From contig CBDCWP010000033.1 of the NCBI GenBank assembly GCA_965223505.1, forward strand, positions 1 to 64,000: DNA of 64,000 bases, in the 5' to 3' direction. The notes under the pieces are model-generated. The model was not told the origin of the DNA and did not search any database. It saw only the letters and a list, made by a program, of their open reading frames with translations. The DNA is from Planctomycetota bacterium (GTDB lineage: Bacteria; Planctomycetota; PLA2; JAEUHO01). Both the position numbers and the translations under genes were made by a program. Positions 47,640 through 57,445 of the stretch are shown in pieces (position 1 is the stretch's first letter; every line of letters begins with the position of its first letter).

Positions 47640-48982
47640 TACTTGGGGTCCGGGTCCCACTCGTGCTTCGGATGGAAGATGTCCATGAGCTGGATGTCGT
47701 CGTCGGGACAGCAGCCTTCGCCCGACTTCTTCGGCGCGCCGCCCTCGAGGCGCTCCAGCTCGGACGGCGGCACGACGATCTTCATGTCGTGCGTCTTGCG
47801 AACGATGTGCGGGGTGATGATGAAGACCAGCTCGCGCTTCTGCTTCGTCTCCCGCGTGCGCGAGAACATGTCGCCGATGAGCGGCAGGTCCGAGAGCAGG
47901 GGTGTCCCGGCCTTCTCGGTGATGTTCGAGTTGGTGTAGAGACCGCCGATCACCAACGTTTCGCCGTCGCCGAGGGTGACGGTGGTCTTGACGTTGCGAA
48001 GCGTCGTGATGGGCGTGAACGTGCCGCCGACCTGGTTCACCGTCAGGCCTTGGATGCCACGAACCTCCGGCGCGATGTCGAGCGTGACGAAGCTCTCTCC
48101 AATGTGTTTCGGGTTGACGGTCATCTTGACGCCCGCCGGGGTGCTGGCGAAGTTGAACGTCTCGTTCGTGCGCGACGCGTTGACCAGACGGGTGAGCGGG
48201 ATGTTCTCCTCGGTCTTGAACGTCGCCTCGATGCCCTGGGTCGCGATGATCGAGGGCCGCGAGAGTACCTCCGCCTTGCCGTCCTGCTGGAGCGCCTGGA
48301 GCGTGATGTCCAGGTCGCCGTACTTCATGGCGTTCTCGCCCACGAAGCCCCAGAACAAGCTCGTCCCCTGGAACGGGAACGACGGCGGGAAGGTCGAGCG
48401 CAGGAACGACGGCGGGTTCAACACGCTGCCGGACCCGCGGAAGAGCGTGTTCGGGCCGTTCGCGCTGCGGTCGAAGAGCTGGTCGAAGCCGATCTCGAAG
48501 TTCGACTGGTAGGTGATCTCGACCACCTTGGCTTCGATGTAGACCTGCGGCGTCGCGACGTCGAAGTAGGCGATCGCATCCAGCACGATCTCCACGAGGT
48601 CGGGGTCGCCCTCGATGACGAGCTGATTCTGCTTGTCGTAGGGCTTGAGCTTCATCTGATCGAAGCCGTTGAAGCCGAGCTGCTTGATGCCGTTCATCAG
48701 GTCGGCCGGCTTGACGAAGTTCGTGCGATAGAAGTACGCGACCGTCCCGTCGTCCTTCTCGATCATGCCCTCGTTGTGGAACTTCAGCGGCGGCTTCTTC
48801 TTCGTTTCCTCCTTGGGAGCCGACTTCGGCGCCGGCTTGGGCGCCGCCTTTTCGTCCGGCTTCGGCGCCGGCTTGGGCGCAGGCTTCGGCGCCGGCTTGG
48901 GCGGGTCGTCGGCCCAGGCGGCGGCGCTGCTCACGCACAGAACGAGGACGACGGCGACGAATCGAGCGATGTAGATGTTCAC
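47639..48982 (-). CDS. Secretin (GspD/PilQ family)
   Basis: D...PQVYIEAKVVE, LSRPSI, V.LGDGETLVIGGL, PLLSDLPLIG.MF, ELVFIITPHIV. Confidence 0.92.
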   Translation of the reverse strand: MNIYIARFVAVVLVLCVSSAAAWADDPPKPAPKPAPKPAPKPDEKAAPKPAPKSAPKEETKKKPPLKFHNEGMIEKDDGTVAYFYRTNFVKPADLMNGIKQLGFNGFDQMKLKPYDKQNQLVIEGDPDLVEIVLDAIAYFDVATPQVYIEAKVVEITYQSNFEIGFDQLFDRSANGPNTLFRGSGSVLNPPSFLRSTFPPSFPFQGTSLFWGFVGENAMKYGDLDITLQALQQDGKAEVLSRPSIIATQGIEATFKTEENIPLTRLVNASRTNETFNFASTPAGVKMTVNPKHIGESFVTLDIAPEVRGIQGLTVNQVGGTFTPITTLRNVKTTVTLGDGETLVIGGLYTNSNITEKAGTPLLSDLPLIGDMFSRTRETKQKRELVFIITPHIVRKTHDMKIVVPPSELERLEGGAPKKSGEGCCPDDDIQLMDIFHPKHEWDPDPK

Positions 48983-49295
48983 GGCGGCTCCCTGACTGCT
49001 GAATCGGACGGCCTTCCCTGGATCGGTACGAGAATCGAATGGCGGGCCAATCGCGGTCGCCGGACCGGCGAGAAGCAAACCGCTGGAAACTGCGGCCTGC
49101 GAGCGTCACGCGGTTGCACGCTGCGTCACCGCAGCGTCTCCGGAATCCGCCACGATCCGCCAGGCGACGCCGGGCGCGCCCCCCGAGCGGCCGTTGCCGT
49201 GGGTTGTCGACGGGCTACAATCCCCGCCGCGTCGCGCCCCGGGCAGGGGTTTTGCGACACCGCCCGCCGGTGCGGGACGCTCCAGGGAGGATCGA

Positions 49296-50732
49296 ATGGC
49301 CGACAGCTACGACGTAGGACTCTTGCCGCGCACCTACTTCCGGGCGCCGCGCGTCCCCTTCGACTTCCGCGCTCTGGCGCTGGGCATCCTGGGATACATC
49401 GTCTTCTGGTCCGGCGGGCTGCTGCTCAGCAAGATCTGCGACAAGAACGACATCTGCGGCGCCTTCCTCGGCGCGGGCGTCAGTCTCTTCGACGGCCTCC
49501 CGTTCATCGGCGAGGAGGTCCAGCGCTTCGTGATGCGGGTCTTCCAGATCAGTCCCGACGACTACCTGGGCGACGGCTACACCTTCTGGCACAAGCTGCT
49601 GGGCGGCATCTGGTTCTTCGCGGTGTGGGCGTTCTTCGGCCAGGCCATCCACCGCATCACCAGCCTGCGCATCGCCCGCGACGAGGGCCTCTCGTTCGCC
49701 GAGGCGATCGGCTTCTCGCTCAAGAACTGGAAGACCGTCGTCCTCGCACCGGTCATCATCTTCGGCGCAATGGCGTTCTTCTACGGCTGCAACGCGCTCG
49801 CCGGCCTGGTGACGTCGATTCCGGGCCTGGGCGGCTTGCTCGGCCTGGTCCTGATCCCGCTGGCTGCGATCTCCTCGCTCCTGATCCTGCTGATCGGGCT
49901 GGGCGGGGTCTTCGGCCTGCCGCTGATCGGCGCGGCGGCCGCGTGGGAGGTCAACGGCAGCCTCGACGCCATCAGCCGCGCGTTCTCCTACGTGTTCGCG
50001 CGCCCGCTGCAGTACTTCTGGAACTATCTGCTCATCTTCCTGTTCGCCGGCGTCATCCTGCTGGTGGGTGACTGGTTCACCTACACCATCGTGAAGTCGG
50101 TCGATGCCGGCACGCTGAGCGACCAGCAGTCGGTGCTCATCGACGCGCCCGAGCACAGTAACGAGGACGACAGCGACTACCAGGACCTGAGCAACGACGC
50201 GAAGGACAAGTACGTCACGTACGCGGAGAAGACCGGGTACGGGCGCCGCGGCGTGCACGCGCCGGGTCGCGGCCGGCCGACCGAGCCGTACGTGCGCGAC
50301 CTCACGACCGTGTATCACGCGCCGTGGACCTACAAGCTCAACGCGTTCATCTTCTGGCTGCTGCTGAACCTGATCTGGCTCGGCGCGTTCGGCTATGCGG
50401 TCTACTGGCTGCTGGGCGCGTCCTCGTCGGTCTACGCCGATCTGCGCGCGGACGTGGACGGAACGGAAGAGGACGAGATCTACCTCGCGGAAGAGGAAGA
50501 GGACTACGAGGCGCTCGCGGAGGGCGGTCCGACGTCCGAGGCCGATGCCGAGGATCCGAAGGCCGAGGAGAAGCCGGCTGAGGAGACGAAGGCCAAGGAA
50601 GAGCCGAAGGCCGAGGAGAAAGCCGAAGAGGCTGCCGAAGACGAGCCGTCGGACGACGCGAAGGACGAGGAATCCGACGACGGGTCGGAGGAAGCGGCCG
50701 ACGACGAGTCCGACGACGAGACCAAGTCGTAG
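49296..50732 (+). CDS. Multi-pass membrane protein with acidic C-terminal tail
   Basis: GGGAGG RBS; several TMs; DAISRAFSYV; Y..LR..VDG.E.DEI; Glu/Asp-rich tail. Confidence 0.8.
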   Translation: MADSYDVGLLPRTYFRAPRVPFDFRALALGILGYIVFWSGGLLLSKICDKNDICGAFLGAGVSLFDGLPFIGEEVQRFVMRVFQISPDDYLGDGYTFWHKLLGGIWFFAVWAFFGQAIHRITSLRIARDEGLSFAEAIGFSLKNWKTVVLAPVIIFGAMAFFYGCNALAGLVTSIPGLGGLLGLVLIPLAAISSLLILLIGLGGVFGLPLIGAAAAWEVNGSLDAISRAFSYVFARPLQYFWNYLLIFLFAGVILLVGDWFTYTIVKSVDAGTLSDQQSVLIDAPEHSNEDDSDYQDLSNDAKDKYVTYAEKTGYGRRGVHAPGRGRPTEPYVRDLTTVYHAPWTYKLNAFIFWLLLNLIWLGAFGYAVYWLLGASSSVYADLRADVDGTEEDEIYLAEEEEDYEALAEGGPTSEADAEDPKAEEKPAEETKAKEEPKAEEKAEEAAEDEPSDDAKDEESDDGSEEAADDESDDETKS

Positions 50733-50750
50733 GACGGACGGGTCCGGTCC

Positions 50751-51110
50751 CCTTCGCTATCCCCAAGCCGTGCCCCCTCTTCATCCGGCCAGGGCGAGGT
50801 CTCCCGAGGGCGGAGCCCGAGGGCCGAGCGAAGCGAGGGACCGGTCGCGGCCGGTAGGCCGCGAGTGAGGACCGATGGTCTCAGGTACGAGGCGCCGAAG
50901 GCGCAAGGCAGGGGGATAGGGCGAAGCGAAGCGGAGCCCGCAAGGGGGGCCATGCCCTCCTTGAAGACGATTCTTCCAGGTCGGACGCGCGCTTGCGCGC
51001 GTCTCCCGAGGGCGGAGCCCGAGGGCCGAGCGGAGCGAGGGACCGGTCGCAGCCCGAAGGGCTGCGAGGAAGAACGAAGATGGCGGCGCGGGTCTGAAAC
51101 CCGCGCCGCC
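50751..51110. repeat. Intergenic cluster of REP/MITE-like repeats and hairpins
   Basis: 50-bp direct repeat at 50799-50848 and 51001-51050 (1 mismatch); GGGGATAG motifs; hairpin 51082-51110. Confidence 0.75.
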
Positions 51111-51202
51111 GGGCAGGACGGGACCTCCCCCCTGGTTGGTCCCGCAAACGAACCTCTGCGCGTTGGAGGCCACCACTGCGCGAGGCTCGCAATGTCACGT
51201 CG

Positions 51203-51979
51203 TCAAACGAAGAGTTCCGCGTTGCGCGTGCGGTGCAGCTCCCGCAGGCGACGGATCACCTTGCTGTGGATCTGACACACGCGGCTTTCCGTGAGCCGCA
51301 ACATGCCCGCGATCTCGCGCATGGAGAGGCCCTCGAAGTAGTAGTACTGGATGACGGTCTGCTCTTTCTCGTTCAGGTTCTTGAAGAGCAGGTCGCGCAC
51401 GTCGCGGCGCTGCTGCGAGAAGCGCGGATCGTCGCCGTGCTTGTCGCCGAGCAGGTCGATCATCCGGCTGCCCGATCCCTCGCCGTCGTCGCCCGAGTCG
51501 TCCGTCAGCGACAGCACCGACGTGGGCGTGGCTTCCTTGCGGAGCTTCTCGTACTCGGGCATCGTCATCTCGAGCTCGGCCGCCATCTCGGGGTCGGTCG
51601 GCTCGCGGCCCAGCTGGGCGTAGAGCTTGCGAAGCGTCTTGTCGACCATGTTCGTGCGCAAGCGCACCAGACGCGGCACCCAGTCGTTCGTGCGCAGGTT
51701 GTCGAGAATGCTGCCGCGGATGCGCGCCGTGCAGTAGGTCTTGAACTGAATGCCGCGGCTCGTGTCGAAGCGGGCGAGCGCCTCGATCAGGCCGAACGTG
51801 CCCATGCTGATGAGATCGTCGACGTCGACGCTGGCCGGCAGGGTCGTCACCATCCGCTCCGCCAGGTACTTGACCAGGGGGAAATACGCCGCAATGAGCT
51901 GTTGTTTGGCGTCCTCGGACTTCGTCTTGGTGTACTCGTCCCAGAGGTCCTTGTAGTCCGCGTCTCGAATCTTCCGCAT
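51203..51979 (-). CDS. FliA/WhiG family sigma-28 factor
   Basis: DDLIS.G.FGLIEA..RFD..RGIQFKTY...RIRGSILD.LR..DWVPR, LTESRVCQIHSK. Confidence 0.93.
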   Translation of the reverse strand: MRKIRDADYKDLWDEYTKTKSEDAKQQLIAAYFPLVKYLAERMVTTLPASVDVDDLISMGTFGLIEALARFDTSRGIQFKTYCTARIRGSILDNLRTNDWVPRLVRLRTNMVDKTLRKLYAQLGREPTDPEMAAELEMTMPEYEKLRKEATPTSVLSLTDDSGDDGEGSGSRMIDLLGDKHGDDPRFSQQRRDVRDLLFKNLNEKEQTVIQYYYFEGLSMREIAGMLRLTESRVCQIHSKVIRRLRELHRTRNAELFV

Positions 51980-52097
51980 GCCTTCGACTCCGTTCGAGCC
52001 GGCTCTGCCGGCCACATCCACCTGTCCCGAATGCCCTGACTTGGAGTCACTGATGCAGGTGGAAAACGGAGGAGGCGATCTGACCCCCCCGGATCAC

Positions 52098-52189
52098 CAT
52101 GGCTTGGTAGCTGGCTGCCACCCGGTAGCACCGGAAGGCCCTCTAGCTTTGCGCCCCTGGCTTTCGCCAGGTTTGCCCGTTCATCCATG
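52098..52189 (-). ncRNA. c-di-GMP-I (GEMM) riboswitch upstream of the FliA/WhiG gene
   Basis: Minus strand GGGCAAACCUGGC-GAAA-GCCAGGGGCGCAAAGCU...GGCCU...GGCAGCCAGCUACC, with CAUGG/CCAUG as P1. Confidence 0.85.
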
Positions 52190-52339
52190 TCGCGGGAAAA
52201 CAAAAGAGCTTTGCAACCGCTACGTCGCCCTAGTGAGCCACCCTCCGGCTGCATGGGGAAACCTAGCCCAACTGACGGTCCTGGCCACCGATGTCGAAAA
52301 AAATCTCACTCAAGTTCGAGCGGGTCCACAAAACCCCAT

Positions 52340-53173
52340 CTATTGCGGCTTGTGGACGAGCGCGCGGTACCACTCGGGCCGCCGCTCACGCAAGATGTCG
52401 TTCCCGGACGCGACACGTTTGGTCCGTGCTAGTGCGACGTCGACGTTCGCCGTGACGACCTCGTCGCCGCTCGCCTGCGCTTGCGCCATGCGCTCACCGG
52501 TGACGTCGATGATCTGGCTCGCGCCCGTGAACGCGAGCGCCTTGCGCGGCTCGCGGTGCTCGTCGCCGTACCGATTGGCGGTCGCGGTGTAGACGCGGTT
52601 CTCGATCGAACGAACGCACATGGCACGCTGGCACAACCCGGGAAGCACGAGGTTGCTCGGATGCGCGATGACGTCCGCGCCTTGAAGGGCCAGGGCACGA
52701 GAGGCTTCCGGGAAGATCCAGTCGAAGCAGATCATGACGCCGACGTTCAGCCCGTGGTGCTCGACGACCGGGAACGGACGGTCGCCGGGCTCGAACACCT
52801 CCTGCTCGAAGCCGAACAGGTGGATCTTGCGGTAGCTCGTGAGCGGCTCGCCGTTCGCGACGACCGCCGCGGCGTTGTAGGCCTTCAGCTCGTCGCGCTC
52901 GGGGTACCCGCCCACGATCACGCCCTTGGTCGCCTCGCTCCACCGGACCATGCGTCGAAGCGTCGGGCCGGTCGGGAACGGCTCGGCGAGCTCGAGTGCC
53001 TCGTCGGCGTCGCGGAAGCTGTATCCGGACGCGAAGAGCTCGGGCAGCACGATCAGGTCGGCTTCCACACCCTCGATGAGTGTCTCGACGACGTCGAGGT
53101 TCGCCTCGACCTCCCCGAACCCGGGATTCGTCTGCACGCAGGCGACGGTGTAGTGCGTGGCGGACGCGCTCAT
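52340..53173 (-). CDS. Nitrilase-family carbon-nitrogen hydrolase
   Basis: E-K-C triad: VLPEL, YRKIHL, ICFDWIFPE. Confidence 0.92.
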   Translation of the reverse strand: MSASATHYTVACVQTNPGFGEVEANLDVVETLIEGVEADLIVLPELFASGYSFRDADEALELAEPFPTGPTLRRMVRWSEATKGVIVGGYPERDELKAYNAAAVVANGEPLTSYRKIHLFGFEQEVFEPGDRPFPVVEHHGLNVGVMICFDWIFPEASRALALQGADVIAHPSNLVLPGLCQRAMCVRSIENRVYTATANRYGDEHREPRKALAFTGASQIIDVTGERMAQAQASGDEVVTANVDVALARTKRVASGNDILRERRPEWYRALVHKPQ

Positions 53174-53206
53174 GCGTCGAGCGTACCGCGGGCGGCGCGT
53201 GCGAAG

Positions 53207-54457
53207 CTACTTGCCGTCGCGAGCGGGCCGCTTCTTGCCGTTCTGTCCGTTCGGACCACGGGGCGGCCGGTCCCGCAGCTTGTTGCGCGCGTCGTTCGCG
53301 CGCTGGAGCCCGCGCTGCATGTTGCTGACGAACTCGTCATCGAGCTTCCCGTGCCGCTGTAGGAATGCGAACACCTGTCCTCTGCGGACCCGCCAGTCCT
53401 GTCGCGGCAGGAACACGGGGTAGTGCTCGATCGCCTCCTTCGGCACGCCGAAGCCACGCGTGAGAATTCCGTCGAAGAGCATCTTCGCCTTCTTGTGCAA
53501 CGGCTCGTCGCTCGCGAGCAGCGGCAACGTTCGCTCGAGCTGCATCAACGCGCCGAAGAGCTGCTGCTGCTTCTGCCCGCGCTTCTGATTCGCCTGCAGG
53601 ATCTGCCGGATCTTCTCCGGATCTTCGATGGCGCCGGCCAGGTCGTCTCGTGCCGCGTCGAACGCCTGCGGCCACTGCGCTTGCAGCTTCTGCACGATCA
53701 TCTGTGCATGCGCACCACGGGCCGCTCGATCCGTGGGCTTCTCGAGACGACGAACGAACGCCTCGACGCGCAGGTGCCCGGCCTTACGCCGGATTCCGCG
53801 CTCGAAGCGCTCGCGCTTCTTCGGATCCTGCTCCTCGTCGAGCCGGGCCCGCATCTTCTCGAGGTGCGCTCGCACCCGATCCGGAAGCGCCGTGATCTCC
53901 GCTTCGGTGAGCGCCGTCGCGCCGACGTGCTCCTTGAACCGCTCGAAGACCGCGATCTGGAACGGCAGCAACGGCAGGCCCATCTGCTTGAAGCGGCGGC
54001 GCTGCTCCGCGTCGAGCATGCGTTCGAAGAACACGTGCGAGATGCGAATGAAGTGGGCGCCTTTGCGCGCGCGGGCATCGTCCTTGCGGATCCCCTCGAG
54101 CCGCTTCCCCATGCGCTCCTTGCGTTCGAGCTCCTCGCGCCGGATGCGCTCCAGCTTGCCTCGGAAGCGCTGACGCTCCTCCTCGGTCATGTCGCGCATG
54201 CGCACGACCGCGAACGCGAGCCGGTTGCGGGTCTGTGGTTCGAGCGCGTCCCAGGACATGTCGCGCTTGGCGAGCATCTCCTTGACCGCGGCAAGCTCTT
54301 CCTTCGTCAGCTTCGCCACGTAGTCGCGGTCCTGCTTGGCGCCGCGCGGCGACTCGTCCTTCGCGGCCGGCTCGTCGTCGGCGTACGCGACGCCGGCCGT
54401 GCACGTCAGCGCGAACGCGACCAGGAACGACAGGGAGAGGGCGCGGACCCACGTCAT
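53207..54457 (-). CDS. Secreted helical/coiled-coil protein of ECF operon
   Basis: Signal peptide ending AYA; DUF3106-like W..L.P / MTEEERQR; abuts the anti-sigma gene. Confidence 0.7.
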   Translation of the reverse strand: MTWVRALSLSFLVAFALTCTAGVAYADDEPAAKDESPRGAKQDRDYVAKLTKEELAAVKEMLAKRDMSWDALEPQTRNRLAFAVVRMRDMTEEERQRFRGKLERIRREELERKERMGKRLEGIRKDDARARKGAHFIRISHVFFERMLDAEQRRRFKQMGLPLLPFQIAVFERFKEHVGATALTEAEITALPDRVRAHLEKMRARLDEEQDPKKRERFERGIRRKAGHLRVEAFVRRLEKPTDRAARGAHAQMIVQKLQAQWPQAFDAARDDLAGAIEDPEKIRQILQANQKRGQKQQQLFGALMQLERTLPLLASDEPLHKKAKMLFDGILTRGFGVPKEAIEHYPVFLPRQDWRVRRGQVFAFLQRHGKLDDEFVSNMQRGLQRANDARNKLRDRPPRGPNGQNGKKRPARDGK

Positions 54458-54994
54458 CTAGCTACCGAGCTCCTCTTCGTCGACGCCGTAGAGCGCGAAG
54501 TCGAGCTCGTCGTCGTCGAGCTCCACCAGGAGGTCGACCTGATCGAGCAGCTCGGTCGGCACCTCGTTCAGCACCGCGGTGAGCTGGGTCGGGCTGGGCG
54601 ACACGTCGGGCGGGGGCGTCTTCCACGGCGACCAGGCCCACAGGGCGCCGACGGCGACCAGCAGCACGGCCGCGGCCGCCAGCGGGTGGCGGTACCAGGC
54701 CATGCGCAAGACGCGTCCCTGCTTCGCCGGGCGCTCGATGCCCGTGGCGTCGAAGACACGGGCCGCGAAGCCCTCGGGTACGGGCTCGTCCTCGTACTCG
54801 TCGAGCAGGTCCCAGGTACGGCGGATGTGCTCGACCTCGCGCAGCGCGCCGGGGTTGGTGTCGAGCCATTCCGTCACGTACCGCGACTGGTCGGCGGTCA
54901 GCTCCCCGTCGAGGTAGGCCGAGATCAGCTCCCGACGCTGCTGGACGTCCAGCGCATCGAGGTCCGGCCGGCGAGGCTCATCGAAGGCAGTCAT
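54458..54994 (-). CDS. Anti-sigma factor
   Basis: ELISAYLDGEL...V.EWL, TWDLL, single TM. Confidence 0.85.
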   Translation of the reverse strand: MTAFDEPRRPDLDALDVQQRRELISAYLDGELTADQSRYVTEWLDTNPGALREVEHIRRTWDLLDEYEDEPVPEGFAARVFDATGIERPAKQGRVLRMAWYRHPLAAAAVLLVAVGALWAWSPWKTPPPDVSPSPTQLTAVLNEVPTELLDQVDLLVELDDDELDFALYGVDEEELGS

Positions 54995-55058
54995 TTCGTC
55001 GTCGGTCTCCAAGCGGGCTCCGGAAGAGCCCCTCTATTGTTCTGAACACGGCCGCCCA

Positions 55059-55706
55059 TCAGGAGTTTCCGTCCGGATCGGCGCCTGCGGGTTCCTTCTC
55101 CCGAGTCCCCGCGTCCTGGTCCACGAGATCCCGCAGGGAATTCCGCAGATTCTCGCGGGCACGGGTCAGCAGCGACTTCACCGCGGGGACGGTCGTGCCC
55201 ATCGCCTGGGCCACCTCCTCGTAGGAGCAGTGGTGGAAGCGCGAGAGCACCAGCGCAAGGCGCTGCTGCTCCGGTAGTCGGTCGACGGCCGCCCGGACGC
55301 GGATCGAGACGTCGCCCTCCTCCATGCCACCGGTCGGCTTCTCGCTTCGGGCATCCTCGAGCTCGGGGCCGCCGTCCTCGCCGGTCTTGTCGCCGAAAAC
55401 GGCCGTGAACGAGGACACACGCCGGATCTTCTCGGCCCGCAGGTGCCGGATCTCGTTCAGGCAGGCGTTGACGGCGATGCTGTAGAGCCACGTCTTGACC
55501 TTCGCGCGGGGCTGGTAGGTCATCCGCCCTTTGAAGACGCGGATGAACACCTGCTGGGCCACGTCCTCGATCCCCGCGTAGCGGGAGCCGAGGTACCGCC
55601 GAGCCAAAGACAGCACCAACCCTTGATACTTGTGGACGAGGACCTCGAAGGCGGAGTGGTCCCCGTCCTGGAAGCGCTTCATGAGGACCTGGTCCGCGTC
55701 GGGCAT
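55059..55706 (-). CDS. ECF sigma factor (RpoE-like)
   Basis: GD..AFE.LV.KY, EDVAQQVF, TWLYSIAVN, LPEQQR, SYEEVA, VKSLL.RARE. Confidence 0.92.
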   Translation of the reverse strand: MPDADQVLMKRFQDGDHSAFEVLVHKYQGLVLSLARRYLGSRYAGIEDVAQQVFIRVFKGRMTYQPRAKVKTWLYSIAVNACLNEIRHLRAEKIRRVSSFTAVFGDKTGEDGGPELEDARSEKPTGGMEEGDVSIRVRAAVDRLPEQQRLALVLSRFHHCSYEEVAQAMGTTVPAVKSLLTRARENLRNSLRDLVDQDAGTREKEPAGADPDGNS

Positions 55707-55823
55707 GGGTGCTCACAACACTCCCACGCGATGGAACCCCGCGCAAACAGCGGGGTTGCGCAGGTTTGTCGACCCGCGATCGCTTTCTGGGCTCCACGTG
55801 CCCCTATTTATTTGCAATCATCA

Positions 55824-55832
55824 ATTATATCA
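55824..55832 (-). promoter_or_regulatory. Putative extended -10 promoter of ECF operon
   Basis: TGATATAAT on the minus strand within an AT-rich patch. Confidence 0.45.
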
Positions 55833-55842
55833 GCACGAAGGC

Positions 55843-57429
55843 CTATTTCGGGCGGCCGAAGCGCCCGGGCGGGAGGATCCGGAAGACGACCGGGCCCACC
55901 AGACTCTCGACCTTCACGGGCCCCATCTCCCGCCGGCGGCTGTCCCCGCTGTTCAGGGTGTTGTCGCCGAGCATGAAGAGCTGGTGGGACGGGATCCGAA
56001 ACTCGTAGTTCGAGACGAGGGTCTCGAGGGGGTCGTTGGGCACCGCCAGCTCCCCGATGTAGCCGTAGTGGATGTCCTGGTCGAGGCGTAGGACCGGGTC
56101 GGCGCCCGCGAAGGTGACGAACCCGGGCCGCAGGGGCGCGTAGGGGGCCTTGCGCGGTCCCGACCAGGACCAGTCGCCGCACTGCGCGCGCAGCACGCCG
56201 TCGACGTAGGAGAGCCGCATGCGAACCCTGCCCGACGGCGGTCCCGGACTGTGCTCGTCGAGGGTCTCGACCGACGAGGCGATGCGCTGGTGGCGGTCGT
56301 GCGCCTCGAGGCGGATCCTGCCGTCGCCGACCCTGAGCCGCCATTCAGCGAAGTCGGGGTCTTCCGCCTCTCCCCGCGTCAACGAGAGCACCACCTCCGC
56401 CCCCGGCTTCCGATCGAGGGTCAGCTCCAGATACCCGTCCTGGACCTCGTGACTGGGGTACTGGATCGCCGGCTTCTTGCCGTAGAGGCGATCGGCGATG
56501 AGCCGCGTGACCGGCGCGAGCGCCCACCGCACGCGTCCGTCGTCGTCGGTCTTCTTGCGCCAGCCCTTCGGCGTGCCGTCGCTGAAGTCCCAGGTCGCCT
56601 TGTGGTACCGCAGCTGTTCTCGCACCTCATCGGGCTTCCCGATCAAGATGCCGTCGATGTAGATGTCGCCGTGGAAGATCGCAATCCGCTCGTCGGGCAG
56701 CCCGACGACGCGCTTTACGTAGGTCTTGTCCCCGATCTCGAAGGTGACGATCTGCCAGCGCTCGGGCAGCTCCTTGCCGCCCGGCTTGTAGACCGCGACG
56801 CGGTCGCCACGCTGCAGCGTCGGGTGCATGCTGTCCGACGGGATCTGGAAGACCTCGACGAGGAATCCGCGCACGAGGAAGAACGCGACGACGGCGGCCA
56901 GGATCCAGGGTCCTTCGTGAAACGCGACGCGACGCGCGCGATCGCCGAAGTCGGCGGCGAAGTACACCGACGCCTTGCCGCGATCCGCGCGCTGCACCAA
57001 GTGCTTGGCCTGCCGCACGGTTCCGAACGCATCCTCCTTGCCGGCGGCCTTCAGCTCCTCGAGGTGCGCGATCACGTCGGCCAACACGCGGCCGCGTTCG
57101 GCGGGGTCGCGCACCGGCTTCGCGACCCGCAGCGCGTCGCGCGAAAGCGCGTGGTCGAGCGGTGCGGGCTCGGGAGGGTCGGCCGTGTCGCCGGCTTCCG
57201 CGCCCGGCAGCGCATACAGCGCAAGGCCCCGTTCGGAGCGACCTGCCGTGACGAGGTCACCGACTCTGAGCTGTCGCAACACGTAGCCGTGAAGCGCGCC
57301 CTCCTGCCTGCGCATCAGCTTCGGCTTGGAGCGCCGCAGCGCCTCCAGCAGGTCGATCAGGTCCCGCGGCTGCTTAGCGAGCGCGGTCGAGATGCCGACG
57401 GCCAGCTGTTGATCCCCATGCCCGCTCAC
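55843..57429 (-). CDS. lepB: Signal peptidase I with long N-terminal extension
   Basis: IPSDSMHPTL (Ser), YVKRVVGLP (Lys), GDNTLNSGDSR. Confidence 0.85.
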   Translation of the reverse strand: MSGHGDQQLAVGISTALAKQPRDLIDLLEALRRSKPKLMRRQEGALHGYVLRQLRVGDLVTAGRSERGLALYALPGAEAGDTADPPEPAPLDHALSRDALRVAKPVRDPAERGRVLADVIAHLEELKAAGKEDAFGTVRQAKHLVQRADRGKASVYFAADFGDRARRVAFHEGPWILAAVVAFFLVRGFLVEVFQIPSDSMHPTLQRGDRVAVYKPGGKELPERWQIVTFEIGDKTYVKRVVGLPDERIAIFHGDIYIDGILIGKPDEVREQLRYHKATWDFSDGTPKGWRKKTDDDGRVRWALAPVTRLIADRLYGKKPAIQYPSHEVQDGYLELTLDRKPGAEVVLSLTRGEAEDPDFAEWRLRVGDGRIRLEAHDRHQRIASSVETLDEHSPGPPSGRVRMRLSYVDGVLRAQCGDWSWSGPRKAPYAPLRPGFVTFAGADPVLRLDQDIHYGYIGELAVPNDPLETLVSNYEFRIPSHQLFMLGDNTLNSGDSRRREMGPVKVESLVGPVVFRILPPGRFGRPK

Positions 57430-57445
57430 GGATGCCGCTCCCTGA

